Source: Malacoraja senta
Taxonomy: Eukaryota
Assembly (NCBI GenBank): GCA_038087875.1
Contig: CM075992.1
Span: forward strand, 4,466,001 to 4,530,000
Reading direction: 5' to 3'
Length of the DNA: 64,000 nucleotides
Of this stretch, positions 1 through 13,730 are shown piece after piece; the stretch's first letter is position 1; the number at the start of each line of letters is the position of its first letter. The translations under genes were made by a program, and so were the position numbers. Below the pieces are notes generated by a model. That model worked only from the letters and a program-made list of their open reading frames with translations. It searched no databases and was not told the DNA's origin.

Positions 1-213
1 TTCTTTTGGAGGTGCCCACCTACTTAAAAAAGACCACTATCATCCTGATGCTGAAGAAAAGTAAGGTAATGGGCCTTAGTGACTACCATCTAATGCCTCA
101 GTCATCCAGCATCATGAAGTGCTTCGAGAGACTGATGATGGTGCACATTAACCCCGCCTCCAGCCAGTAATGTCTAGATATTAACATTTGGAGAAAGATT
201 GATGTTTTCTTAC

Positions 214-372
214 CTTACTCTGGGTTATTTTATTTTTCTTACTCAGTGCAAATACTGCTTTATCCACAACAACAAGTCCAACCTTTGCTCCAGGATCACC
301 TGTCAGTTTCAATGTAAACCCATCTCCGGGGTTGAATGTTTTCTTGTCGTCATTTACGATAGAAACCTCCAG
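214..372 (-). CDS. c3: Complement C3 exon 14
   Basis: 159 bp, [56 protein letters not shown] acceptor and GTAAGA donor. The gene continues beyond the window. Confidence 0.96.
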
Positions 373-1114
373 CTGGGAAGAAATGTGTTAGTTTTGAATA
401 TTGTCACATAAATTTAGGTTAGTGCAGAAACAACAATTGTTGCTGACTAGCATCAAATGAGTCCCGGCATATTGAATTTACACCCCAGTAATTGTGAACA
501 GACGGGAAATTGACAACATTGAATGAATGCTGATTTCAAAGCCATTCCGAAGCACGCGGCACTATTAGTTGCATGGACCTTTCCTTCCTGTTGTTGTCAG
601 TTCAAAGGGTTCATGGCATCCACCACAAAGTTATTAGTTTTGCTCTGCAATCTACCCACATCTACTAGACCTCATTGAAGGCAAAGCAGGAAGCAAAAAG
701 TGTTAATTCTTAATGAAATATTTATGTTTTGTAACTTTATATGAAATATTTCATTAGGAATTACACTGTTTCAAAACTTACAGTACACGACTGAAAAGCT
801 GGTAAGTTGTACATAGGTATCTGAACAGTAAAGGGGAAGCCAAGAAGACACACTGTCCTTGTTAAACAACAATTTTCCAACCCAGCTAGTAGAAGGTAAT
901 ATGCTCCATTCCTGTGAGAAAGACTGAGAAGTGAACTGACGCAAAGCCGTAGCTTCACACAAGCTCAGCTGCACTGGGATTTAGTCTGATTTGGATATTT
1001 TGTTAAAAATAATGGCTCATGCTACAAATGTTATTCTTATCTGATGTTTATACGACTCTGTTACCCTCCCTTTCCCAGACTCCACTTCAGAGAAAATAGA
1101 TATACAGCACTTAC

Positions 1115-1318
1115 TTTTCCCATGCATGTGTCCTCCACATCAATCCACACAGAATCAGCAACAAGATCCACCTGTCCTCCACTGACAACGTAGTAATAAA
1201 CTAACAATCTGAATGATGGAATTAAGTTTGTTTCGATTGGGAACTGTAAGGTCGTCACACGTTGATTTATTTTTCTCTGTTGTCTCCCAACTTTGACAAT
1301 CTTCCCTTTGCTAATCAC
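1115..1318 (-). CDS. c3: Complement C3 exon 13
   Basis: 204 bp, VISKGKIVKVGRQ...LIPSFRLLVYYYV...DLVADSVWIDVEDTCMGK, CAG acceptor and GTAAGT donor. Confidence 0.97.
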
Positions 1319-2282
1319 CTGGCAAATACAAGCAAAACAGAAAAGTAGAAATTTACAGTACAAACGACTGAAGACATGGATTACACATTTTCTTCGGATG
1401 ATGGCACAGAAAGTACTATACTGCATTGGCCACTTGTCAGACTACAATATTTAATCACATTGATTCGAATTGAATTAAATTAAATTCTTGTTTTGCGACA
1501 GCCTCAGACAAACCACCTCTGGTGTATATGTGGAGCCAGAATCAAAATGTAATAACCAATAACCATAAATCTTCAAACAAGAATAAAGTCCACAGTCATA
1601 ATATTATCCTAGTATTCAATGCAGGTATTCATGAACAAAGTTGAATGAAAACCCATCTCTCCTACAGCAGGAATTTGAGAAAATGGACAACAGAGGAACC
1701 TTGTGTTTTGGAGAGCCCAAACATTTTGAACACTTTAAAAAAGATAACATTGAGAATTCATGTTGGCACTAGGTACTCCAGGAAGAATGTCAGGACTCTT
1801 GTCTTCCTGCTTCTCATGTCTCATTTTCATTATTTTATTTCCTTCATATATCCAAATAATCCTCCATCTCCATACCAAGGGATCCTTCAGTCAAATCAAC
1901 CCCTCAATCCCTCTCCCAACAACGGTTACAGGCTGAGCCAGATGTTACAATCTTGCCTCTTTTAAAAAGCTGCCCTTCAGGTTCCTATTATGTACTTCCT
2001 CCCTCACTTTAAACCAATGTCCCCACTTCTGGATTCCCCTTTTTTCGGTAAAAGACTGTGTTTTTACTCTATCTATTCCCTTATCATGACCTGATACATT
2101 GCTATTAGATCACCTCTCATCCTCCTATGAATAAAGCCTGAGCCTGCCCCACCTCTCCCATTCGCTCAAACCCTCACATCCTGGCAACATCCTCATATTG
2201 TTTTGTTATTGTTTAATTCTGAGGTTTGTTATATTCAAAATGAATGTCAATATAAGGCAAGATAAGTGTGGAGAAACCATAC

Positions 2283-2498
2283 CATGTAGGTGAAGTATTT
2301 TATTTGCTCCTGGACATTTTCGTTATCATTTACAACGTTCAGCTGAACCAATAAATCATCAACACCTGCTTTTCGTTCTTCATGGTGATTGTTAATATGC
2401 AAGTAGTTATTTGTTCCACGTTGTGTCTTGTAAGGCAATGCTATCATTGTTTTAGATGCCTGTTGATTTTCGTGAATACCAGGAACATCTGTTGAAAC
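2283..2498 (-). CDS. c3: Complement C3 exon 12
   Basis: 216 bp, VSTDVPGIHENQQASKTMIALPYKTQRGTNNYLHI...EQIKYFTYM, CAG acceptor and GTATGG donor. Confidence 0.96.
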
Positions 2499-2851
2499 CT
2501 GCAAGCAGAAAGACAAAAGGGAAACTTATATTCCAACCATTGAGCACATGTCCATCTTTTGCCTCTTTTACCATGGCAATTTCACCATTGAGTGAAAACT
2601 AGTGAGATTGCATTTGTCCCATTCTCTTTATTTAAAAGGAAAAAAATTCCACCAGGTTAGCATTGTTGTAACATAGAAAGGTGAAGCGAGATATGCAGCC
2701 ACTCCTGTAGTGCAAACATTCAGCATTATTGCTGAATGTTATCTGGACCAAAAGCATTTTCTGCATCAGAATTATCATCTAATTTATTGAACAATTCTGG
2801 CAGAACATGATTGTGAATGCTTCACCTTTGTCTTTAGTAATTGTATGTTGG

Positions 2852-3623
2852 CAATCCCAAGAAGCTACTATAGCGCACTCATTCGTTTTCTGTACAAAAA
2901 TTCAAAAATTTTGGAATGAAATTTTTGAAATCTTTACAAAGTTATTTAAAACAAGACTAATACCCAAGGCAGAATGGATTATCTTCGGAATAGCGGAAGA
3001 TGGTCCAGAACTAAATGTGTTTCAAAAGAAACTAATGGACTATGGGTTAATAACTGGAAAAAAGCTAATTCTAAAATTTTGGAAGAAGGCTCCAATACCA
3101 ACTATAAATATGTGGATTTCAAATATGTTTGAAACATTACACCTAGAAGAGATAAGACTCCTCCTAGCAGGTAAACCAGATCACTTCCACCTGACGTGGT
3201 CTGCATTTATAGAATTATTACAAATATAGGGTACAAAAGTACTTAAAAAAAAAAAAAAATTGAGGTCAGGTAAGGGGGGATGATAGTTGAAGAGTTGGTA
3301 TGTCCCATTTACGTAATGCTCATAAAAATATTTGTTTCTCTCTTTTTCCTCTTTCTCTTTCTCTTTCTTTTCTAGGGTCTATTCCTTAACTCTTTTTCTT
3401 TTGTTTTTAATTTTGCTCTTATAGGGTCTTCATCCTTTTTTGTTGTCACATTTTCTACACTTTCACTTTTTCCTTCACTTTCTTCTTTCTTTCAATCTTT
3501 TCCTTTTCTAGTGTAAAAAATAAATGGAGTACATTAATTGTAAGAAGATATAAATGACGAGTACTAATGTATGTGGTTGTAATGTAATGTACTTCTAATA
3601 AATAAAAATTAAAAAAAAAAAAA
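2852..3623 (+). mobile_element. 5'-truncated L1-like LINE (ORF2 C-terminus, 3' UTR, polyA)
   Basis: ORF2-like end (EATIAHSFVFCTKIQKFW...LILKFWK), AATAAA and A-tail, perfect 16-bp TSD AGTAATTGTATGTTGG at 2836-2851 and 3624-3639. Confidence 0.9.
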
Positions 3624-3684
3624 AGTAATTGTATGTTGGGATTTCTAAGTGTGTTTAATTTTAATTTTTTTAATTGAACTTGAT

Positions 3685-4875
3685 TGTTTTTTGAAGAAGT
3701 AAGCAAAAAGGTTGACAAGGGCAAGGGCATAGAAGTTGTCTATATGGACCTCAGCACGTCATTTGATAAGGTTCCGTATAGTCGGCTGCTCTGGACGCTT
3801 AGATCATATGGGATCCAGGGAGAGCTAGCTAACTGTATGAAGAATTAGCTTCATGGCAGAAAGCAGAGGGTGGTGGTGGTGGTGGAAGGGTGTTTTTCAG
3901 ACTGGAGGCCTGTGACGAGTGTTCCTCAGGCATCGGTGCTCTTTACTGTTTGTGGTTTATATCAACGATTTGGATGTACTGCGTGATTAGTAAGTTTGCA
4001 GAGGACACTAAAGTATATGGTATAGTAGATGGTGAAGATAGACATTAAAAATTAAAGCACACTCATGATCAGCTGGGCAAGTGGGCTGAGGAATGGCTAT
4101 TGGAGTTCAATGCAGATAAATGCAAGGTGTGTATATTGGGAATTCAAACCAGGGCGGGATTTTCATGAATGGTGGAGCCCTGCTGGAGAGTGTTGTAGGG
4201 AAGAGGGATCTAGGAATTCAGGTACATCGTTTCCTGAAAGTGGCTCACAGGTAGATCGGGTGGTAAAGAAGGCTTTTGGTACATTGGCCTTCTTCAGCCA
4301 GGGTACAGAGTACAGAAGTTAGACTGTTATGTTACAGTTGTACAAGACGTTGGTAAGGCCATATTTAGATTAATGTGTTCAGTTTAGGTCACCCTACTAT
4401 AGGAAGGATGTCATTAAGCTGAAGAGAGTGGAGGAAAAAATTATGAGGATATTGTCAATATCGAGGAGCTGAGCTATAGGGAAAGGTTGGCCAGGCTAGT
4501 ACTTTATTTCTTGGATTGAAGGGTGATCTTATAGAGGTGTATAAAATCCTGAGGGTAATAGATAGGATGAATGCACAGAGTTAAAGGAATCAAAAACCAG
4601 AAGACATAGGTTTATGGTGAGAGGGCGATATTTAATATGAATCTGCAGGGCAACTTTTTAACTCAGCGGGTGGTGAATATATGGATCAAGCTGCCAGAGA
4701 AGGTAGTTGAGGCAGGTACTATAACAGCTTTTAAGAAACAATTGGACAGGTACATGGATAGGAAAGTTTTAGAAGGTTTTGGGCCGAATATAGGTAAAAG
4801 TGATGAACTTAGATGGGGCAATTTGATTAGCATGGACAAATTGGGCCAAAGGGCCTGTTTAGTGCTGTATGACTA
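3685..4875 (+). mobile_element. Degraded CR1-like LINE 3' portion
   Basis: RT remnants and the CR1 C-terminus (FLTQRVVNIWIKLPEKVVEAGTITAFKKQLDRYM). Confidence 0.85.
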
Positions 4876-5189
4876 CCATTTACAACTTGATGTGGTAGGA
4901 CTGCATAACTTCAATACAAAACTTCAATAAGTCTATTGTGTGCCATTTTTGCTGCTGAGCAAACATGTACTCATACATTGCAGCTTCACTAATTTGAGCA
5001 GAGTTGTGAATATGGCCTTGGCCACCACACAGACCAGACTCCCCATCACTGACTACATCTCAACTTCACACTATCTTGGGAAAGCTGCCAACATAATCAT
5101 ACCTGGTCATTTCTTTTCCCCATCCCAGTTCTAGTAGAAAATACAGAAACTTGAAAGTGAGTACCACCAGAATCAGGAATAGAATTTTC

Positions 5190-5362
5190 CTGAAGATAGA
5201 CACAAAATGCTGAAGTAACTCAGCAGGAGAGGCAGCAGAAGGAATGGGTGACGTTTTGGGTCGAGATCCTTCTCCAGAGACGTCGCCTGTCCCGCTGAGT
5301 TACTCCAGCATTTTGTGTCTATCTTCGGTGTAAACCAGTATCTGCAGTTCCTTCCTACACAG
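5190..5362. repeat. Fold-back Penelope-terminal-repeat-derived element
   Basis: Inverted arms GAAGATAGACACAAAATGCTG..TAACTCAGC / GCTGAGTTACTCCAGCATTTTGTGTCTATCTTC. Same family near 15810-16055, 18660-18752, 31055-31170, 36870-37040, 42030-42165 and 46700-46870. Confidence 0.65.
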
Positions 5363-5429
5363 ATTATTCCCCTTTGTTATCAGGCTTCTGAATGGTCCTT
5401 CCACAGTTAGAAAGGTCCTTCCACAGTTA

Positions 5430-5936
5430 GAGCATGCTGACCGGTTGCATTGTGGCTTGGTTTGGCAACTTGAGTGCCCTGGAGAGGAAAAGACTACAAA
5501 AAGTAATAAACACTGCCCAGTCCATCATCGGCTCTGACCTCCCTTCCATCGAGGGGGTCTATCGCAGTCGCTGCCTCAAAAAGGCTGGCAGCATCATCAA
5601 GGACCCACATCATACTGGCCCCAACTCATCTCCCCGCTACCTTCAGGTGGAAGGAACAGGAGCCTGAAGATTGCAACGACCAGGTTCAGGAATAGCTACT
5701 TCCCCACAGCCATCAGGTTATTAAACTTGGCTCGGACAAAACTCTGAACATTAATAACCCATTATCTGTTATTTGCACTTGATCAGTTTATTTATTCATG
5801 TGCGTATATATTTATACAATGGTATATGGACACACTGATCTGTTCTGTAGTCATGCCTACTATGTTCTGTTGTGCTGAAGCAAAGCAAGAATTTCATTGC
5901 CCTATCAGGGTCACATGACAATAAACTCTCTCTTGA
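5430..5936 (+). mobile_element. Rex1/Babar- or L2-group LINE 3' fragment
   Basis: MLTGCIVAWFGNLSALERKRLQKVINTAQSIIG...; 3' UTR nearly the same as the copy at 14195-15002. Confidence 0.8.
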
Positions 5937-7110
5937 ATACAGTTTGTTTCTCCTCCACATTGCAGGCTTTGGAATTTTTCTCTGGCATTGATGTGCTACT
6001 GTGCTGAAAATTATATTCTACACTCTGTATTTTTCCATTCACAATACCTATTGCACTTCTATTTAGATTGATGTATTTATGTATTATCTGATTTTATTGG
6101 ATAGCATGCAAAACAAAGCTGTTCACTGTACCTAGGTGCATTTACAAATACCAATAAACTAAAATCTAAACCTATGCCTCATTCATAAATGTGCCTGCCA
6201 CTGTTCCTGGGTTGTTCTTCTGCACTCTTCAATGAATCAGTGTTAGGTCCCCAGCTTGGTAGTGAGATGCATGCCAAGTCAAGGAGTTACTGATTGTAAT
6301 GGTATATATTTTTGCTGCTGCCAATTATCCACAGTGCCTCATGCCCAGTTTAGAATGCCACCTAAACTGTGACAAATGACAAATCTAAATGCTTCCTTTA
6401 TTAGTTCCATGTGTAGGAACAATTCAGGAATCAAAGTGCACCTGAAACCTGTACTATTATATTACATACGTAAACCCATTCAAGTGCACACAACTTCAAA
6501 AATTCTGTTCTTACAAACTATTATGAACACCCCTACTGTTCTCTGCTACCCCTCCCGTTTTTCCCTGTACCCTTCCACCTATACACCTTCCTCCAGCTTC
6601 ATATTTCACTTCTCTTCGATCCTTATACTTTTGTCTCACACTTTTTATCTTTTCATCTCTGCCCATTGTCCAACCCTTCCCCCTCACCTATCTCCACCTA
6701 TCACATGCCAAACTGTGTCCCAGTCCAATTTCTTCTGATTGATTTTACTAGGGTTTGCCATGTCTGAAGAGAAAATTAGCAAAAGATGTAACAGTGGTTT
6801 TCTATGTTAGCCAAAGTAAGATGTGGCAGCAATAGGACTGTCAGTGACCAGTGAACAAAGATTTAACATAGTTCGCAGAAGATCTGCATGGATGTTATGA
6901 TTTGGATTGTGCTGCATGCAAGAATGGTGGAAGCCTATTCAACAATAACTCCCTAACCAGAATTGGATAAATATTTGAAGAGAAATAATTTACAAAGCCC
7001 ATTGAGAAGGGAGTGGGACTAATTGGAAAGAGACAGTTAAAGTGCCAAAGGATAGAGTCCTCTACTTTGTTATTTAATTCTATGTCTATATCGAATAGCT
7101 TATTTCTTAC

Positions 7111-7257
7111 TGTTAAAAACATGGATTGTGTATTTCCAGCTGTATTCACGGTCAACATGGACATTCCATCAGATCGAGTGGTTGAGCTGACATCTTCACC
7201 GTCAACCTTCACACGAACCCGCTCGGCAGGGGAACCATCGGGATTTGTTACATAGAC
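7111..7257 (-). CDS. c3: Complement C3 exon 11
   Basis: 147 bp, VYVTNPDGSPAERVRVKVDGEDVSSTTRSDGMSMLTVNTAGNTQSMFLT. Follows an 85-bp intron; AAG acceptor, GTAAGA donor. Confidence 0.96.
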
Positions 7258-7342
7258 CTTGGGTGATAAAGAACAACAGAATGAATGTCTTCCTTCAATT
7301 TTAGCAAAGATGCACTGTGAGATTATGGAAAGGAAAGTGTAC

Positions 7343-7458
7343 CATTATGTTAAAAGGCATCTCAGGCTTGAAATACTTGGAGGTTTTGGAGAACGAGATT
7401 GTATATGGACTGCGAACTATTTTTAGGTTTGTTTTTTCAGCTTCTACCATGTCACTGC
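7343..7458 (-). CDS. c3: Complement C3 exon 10
   Basis: 116 bp, [41 protein letters not shown] acceptor and GTACAC donor. Confidence 0.96.
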
Positions 7459-8159
7459 CTGCAATGAATAAGGAAAAAAAACATAAATAAGATAAAATAC
7501 ATTAAACAGTTCACGTAATTGCAAAAGTGAAAGATTTCTGCTCTGGGCTTGTTAAAATTGCAATATTTCACTGTTACTTATTTGTTTCTCATAGCTTGTG
7601 GAAACATTTACAAATTAATGCCAAGAGTTAGTGGAGACCATCTTGCGCAAATGACAAGCTGGTGGGAATCTTTTATGCCCCAAAGGGAAGGAATTAAAAA
7701 GACTCTTTGAGGCAATGTGTTGATCATTCCTCTTAAGTACTGACCCACATAGGGGTATTGGATTCATTATCCATTTGAGGAAGGTATGATCAGATTAAAC
7801 TTGGTATGAACATTGATTTCTCCAAATGTAGGTAACTTATCAACCAACTTGGATAACCACTTGTGAGGTGTTTGCACAGTAATCAACCAGAACCAAAACT
7901 CCCCCCTGCCTTTTTCCCACACTTCTCCCTATCCATCTCTTGAATACCCACCCATTTATCCCATAATCCCATCCCATTTTCCCTTACCCTTGCCCTCTTC
8001 CACCTCTATCCATTTCTCTGTCTTCATGTTTCACGCCTCTTCTCTCATCATCTCCTTGTCTCACACCTTTTTTATTTTTGTCTCTGGTCTTTATCCAACC
8101 ATCCATCCATTAAACCGCCTCACCTATATCTATCATCTATCATTAAGGCACATACTCAC

Positions 8160-8280
8160 CAGCATGTGTGATAACACTTGCAGTAACATAAATTGAACTC
8201 CCAACCAGTTCGTCAATGTTTTCAAAGTTTTCAATCAAGTGTTCCCTTTTCAGGGTGGCTTCTCCACTGCCATCTATAAC
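8160..8280 (-). CDS. c3: Complement C3 exon 9
   Basis: 121 bp, VIDGSGEATLKREHLIENFENIDELVGSSIYVTASVITHA(G), CAG acceptor and GTGAGT donor. Confidence 0.95.
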
Positions 8281-9174
8281 CTGCAAGTACAGAGTTTAGT
8301 TAGTTCTCGATATTCCAGCTGATTTTCTGTGGCAATGCTTATGGTAACATTTTTTAAGCAAACATTCATGTCACCCCTGAATCTATCTTACATTGACTAA
8401 CTGTTACCATGTTCCCTTTCCTTCAGCATGAATTTTCACACTAATTGTAGTTATTCCCCCAATGCTGATTACAACTTTTATTCTCTTAATACAATACTAT
8501 TTTGTTTGTACATTAAATCAGTAATAACTAAAGAAGCCACCCCCAAAAATGCTATTTAAAATAATCAGTTATTTATGTTTTACACTAATAAAAACAATAA
8601 TATTGATGCACTTTATAAAGGTTAGTCAACCATTTTGTTTTAAGAATGTCACATTTAAAATGCAGTTGTTGTGCATCGATCATTCATATTTGTGAATGTA
8701 AGAGAAAGGTTTATCAGCGAAGTTACTAAGTATCTCAGTGGTGGAAGGCGAGGGGCAGAGAAATAATGGAGGGGTTTAAAAGAATACAGGAAACAAAAAA
8801 TAATTTGGAAGTGCATACGTTATTTATCCCTGTTACCAATTCACATTAGACTTATTGTTACAGAAAGTTCAGTTCAGTTCAGTTTTATTTGACATATGTA
8901 CGTTAACACAGGGTCAACGGTACAATGAAATGTGTATGACAAGATAACAGGTCACCTCAGCAATGATATTACTGAATTGATTAAGTTGATGAATCTACTT
9001 AAAGATTTTTTGCTAATAAATAGATAAGGCTGGGTCAATCTTGTCATTTGAATTAGCAGCAATGCAAGCTTAAACCCAACTCCAGTGCAGTTGTTCCCAT
9101 TCAAATAAAGGGAGCCACCAGCTAGAGAGAAGTTAGTTTAATTATTTATTGTTAATTATAAGGATGTAAGTTGA

Positions 9175-12100
9175 TTTTACTTCGGAGTCACGTGAGTGAC
9201 TACGTGAAGAACCCGTCCAGCCGCACGTGCGTCATTACGTCACACGCATTGGTGCAGGCGGCCGGTTGGAGCAGCAGAGCTCCTCCAGCGTGGTAAGTTT
9301 AAACTTCAGGTAAGGTTGTATTTCTTACCTGTTTTGTTTCCTTGCAGGAACCTCTTGTTCCAGAGGCTTTCTGCCGGGTGATTCGCGAGGACCGACGAGG
9401 GAACCAGCTATGGCTATGGGGCAACCCAGGTCCGACCGCAGAAGCGGGTAGCTGGCGAATGTCGGGTTTCGCGATCGCAGTCACTGATAAGACCGTCAGT
9501 GACTGCCAGACGCTGTTGTTCCCGGGGAGGGGACATGCAGTAGACCAGTCGGGAGGTTTTCCCTCCGATATAAATATACACGCTGGGGTTCCCGGGGAGG
9601 GGAAATCCAGTAGTAATGCGGCTCCCAGACGAAGGGGTCCCCAGGATAGGGGTTAAACAGACCAGAACGGTCAGCTCTGGTGCAGGGAGGTTTTCCCTCC
9701 GGCAAGGCATATAGATGCTGGGATTCCCGGGGAGGGGAAATTCAGCAGCAATGAGGTACCCAGACCGCAGTGGTCCCCAGGATATGGGGTAAACGGACCA
9801 AAATGGTCAGCCCTGGTGCCGGGAAGGTTCCTTTCCGGTAATAAGAAAATTTGGAGGTTGGCCAGGAGGGAGCTCCATCTAGATACACTCCAACAGCAGG
9901 AGTTGGACAGGGCTGCTTAATGGGGATACCGAGTCTCACGGCAGTGTTGGGCATATGGGAGAGCCCGCACTAGCAGCGCCTTGGACAGGGCTGCTTAATG
10001 GGGATGCCAAGTCTATGGTAGTACCGGACTATGGGAAAGGCCGCGCCGGCAGCGCCTTGTAACAGGGCTGCTTAATGGGGATGCTGAATCTATGGCAGTG
10101 CCGGCCTATGAGAGAGGCCGCGCCAGCAGCACCTTGTAATAGGGCTGCTTAATGTATGGCAGCAGCACCCGTAGTAGGGCTGCATAATGTCTCCCTCAAT
10201 GGAGGAGGTGAGCTTACCGGGGCAGTTTTGTTCTGACCCTGAAGGGTGGGCCTATTGCAGAGGCCGCGCCAGCAGCGCCTTGTAACAGGGCTGCCTAATG
10301 TCTCCCTTATGGAGGAGGATAGCATGCTGGGTCAGTGTAAATCTGACGCCGCATCTGAGGGTTTAGCCGTGGAGCATACCCCAAGGGATGTAGGGCACGT
10401 GTCAGAGGTACCATTCCTGGCAGCAAGGTTGCCATCCCAACACAATGCAGTGAACACCGCTATCAGCGGCGTTAGAGCCAGCTGCCGAATTTTCTATTCA
10501 TGTAAGACCTATTCAACAGGCAAAACCTGGAGGACAAAGCACAAGCTGTTGGACCAATTAAGGCCAACAACGAGCAATGCTTCATAGTTTCGGTGACAAC
10601 GCACCTCATGTCTTCATGGGCAGTAAGCGGTTCACTGAAGCTGGTGGCAGCATGAAAGTTGGCCAGAGGGTCCACGCACTCTACCAGTTCTACTCTACAA
10701 CTAAGGTACCACTTACAAGTTGTTAAGATTTACACTTGGTTGTACAATACACAAATGATTAAGACATTGTCATCTACTCAGAGGCATTTAACCATGTAAA
10801 ACTGGACATTACTAGCATTCCAAGCAGGTTGGAATTGGGCCAGAATTATGTTGATAGCCAGGATTGCCTTCGAGACAGGCTCGGAAATATGACAAGAATT
10901 GTCTTTTGAGTCATGCTCAGAATTATGGGACAGGCTCGGGAATCGGGCCAGAGTTGCCATTCAGGGCAGACATGAAATGATGGCAGGAGTGGCCTGTTCA
11001 TTATGAAAGATGGCTGATTAACAACTGATGTCAGAGGGTGTTCCCATTTACAGTGATGATCGGAGATATTTGGAGGCATTGCTATGATGAGGCAATATAA
11101 CAGTATGATGACAATAAATAATTCAAAGAGGACTACTTAGAGTTCAAAAACACTTGTTATGTATTTGTCCGGATGATATTTTAATGCTGTATTTTGCTAA
11201 AATCCACTGTTTCAGTCTCAAACTATATTTGAGAAATTGGGCTCCTCTATCCAGTTAAAATTAAGTTGTTATCAAATGGACTAGTTGGTCATTGGGGTTT
11301 GCTTTTGGCTATTAGTTGGCCTGTGACTCCGCCCTGGGCAACAGATTTGAGTCAATAGAAACCTGGAACAGCCTTGTTGTTATAAGCAGCTTTCTATTCA
11401 TTAGACTAATTGGCAATGTAATAGATGTGATGCAGCTGTGCAAGTAGGAGAACTGACAGCATGTTTAATGGCATACTATTAAGGGCCATGCAGATCATTG
11501 ATAACACACCTTTGCTATTACCAGCTGAAACTACTAAAGTCACTATGATGGACACACAGTAGTCAGCATTGCTCCAGTGGTTGATCAATAAATATGTCAT
11601 TATATTGCAAAATGATGCTAATTGCCTAAGGTGGTAAATTGCGAATGTCATCTCTAGTTGGAGGTGAAGGAGATTTGCATGAGTTATTAACTCTGCAGTT
11701 ATTGGTATCAACTATCTATAGACCCTACGTGCATTTTATGGGTTAAAGAGTGATTGAGTGAATATGCATATCTGCATGCTCAACTTCATGTTGATACACT
11801 ATGATGGTGCCATATGATAATCACAGGGGTGCAATCAAGTAAAATAATCCCGTAATAGGTACATAATCTCATTTGCCACTGGAGTATCATCAAGTACAGA
11901 TCAATGACAACACAGAATGGGTGTTGGACCACACCGTATTTATGAAATTCTGATTCAATGCAACACTGAACATACATATGTTGTTTTCATGCTAATTCAC
12001 AGGTTGCAAAAATGTGTGGCATAACAGTGGCGAAAGATACATTCTCGTTACAAGCAGGAGGAATGGTCTTTTATGTCTTCCTCCATTTTGCTTCATGAGT

Positions 12101-13730
12101 CGGGTCTTCAAATAAAGTCATCAAGAGCCGCTTTAGGTTCCAGCTGTGGGATTGGCCTATGCAGTTTAATTCCCGATTTGTCGGGAATTATAATAATGCA
12201 ACCTTATATGGTTATTTTAAACGTAACTTGCTGGTTCAGCCTGTGGCTCGGGAAATCAGCCGTTGCATGATAAAATCAATTTATGTTCTACAGATTCTCA
12301 ATAGACTGCCTACAGCTTGGGTTGTCACCCCTATTCTTGTATGTATTCAGAGTGCTGGGATAGCAGTATTTTGCTTCTTCAGGAGATGGGAAGTGTTTGT
12401 TTAATGCTCATGTTACATTTTAAATGATACAGATTTCAGAGCTCTTGGAGTTCATTTTAATGGTCTTTGACAATATTGAGTTATAGGGTCATTAACGGTG
12501 CCAAGGTGCTTTCCATCAGATTTGCTGCAGCAAACGAGATCCACTTTGTTGAGTTCACCCCGGATATCGAGTTAGTAAAGGATATCCTTAACACAAGTTT
12601 TCCCAGGACAAGTACAATGCAGTATGGGAGGTTGACATTGTGTTAACACTATTTTTTACCAGGGGGTTTCTAGCTACATTCTTAGCTTTGGCGGATCTCA
12701 TTAGGTAGTTATCCTCCTGGCACTGGTTTAGCGCAACAGGTCAGTCGCTACATAATTGCGACGGGACAGGATGATTACATCTGTAAATAATATGTATAGT
12801 ATTTTATGTTTATAATTTACTTAAGCAGAGCAGAAGGGGTGTCAGGTCTCAAAATAGGTCAAGGCATATCCAGGGACCTTTAGTTATGTGAGGGCTCACA
12901 TATACAACAATACGTCAAGGTCACCAAGAGCCTTCGAGGCTCTTAGCTAGCTATGATTGTTAGTTACAAAAAACTTTATAAGAATGTATCAGTTCAGACC
13001 ATTTCCAGGTGATAAAACGGAGTTGAGATGCAGGAGTAGATACTGATTCCAGATCTCACTCTACCAGGGCTGCTACAACAGCAGCAGCAACGGTTAATTA
13101 TGTCTCGCTGGGCCACATCCTAACGGCTGAAGCATGGTCAAAAGAACGAATTTCCAAACATTTTATAATAACCCGTTGCCAGACCAGGGTATTTCTCAAT
13201 CTCATTTTATGTTCTGTTTATAGCTTTCATCCGGATGAGAGATGGGACTATTATGATTACTTCATTTAACAGCATCAGCATGTTTTAAATCTATGTCATG
13301 ACTGTATGCATTATGAATGTTTTCCCTCATTTGTCAATGAAGCAGTTGTGGTTGTGTAGACTTGTTTCTCGCGGCATGAAATCACAGAGCTTTGAAATCT
13401 TCACGTAGTCATTCACGTGACTCCGAAGTAAAATAGTAAGATTAAACGAGAACTTACCAGTTTGAAGTTTGATCTTTATTTTATGAGGAGTTACGATGAG
13501 GGACTACGTGCCCTCCGCTCCCAGCCCTCATAAATATCATCTGGTAGTTCTAGTCTTCTTTTATCTTATTATTATACTGCAGTCACTATTATCTGTGATT
13601 TCACACCGCTGCTTTGAAGATTGACGCACGTGCGGCTGGATGGGTTCTTCACGTAGTCCCTCATCGTAACTCCTCATAAAATAAAGATCAAACTTCAAAC
13701 TGGTAAGTTCTCGTTTAATCTTACTATTTT
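9175..13730 (+). mobile_element. DIRS-type tyrosine-recombinase retrotransposon (complete termini, decayed ORFs) in C3 intron 8
   Basis: Left ITR 9175-9234, right ITR plus extension 13622-13730, internal complementary region (ICR) 13398-13510. YR remnant ..SHSTRAATTAAA..HILTAEAWSKE at about 13050-13150. RNase H- and methyltransferase-like remnants at about 11600-12170. Confidence 0.93.
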
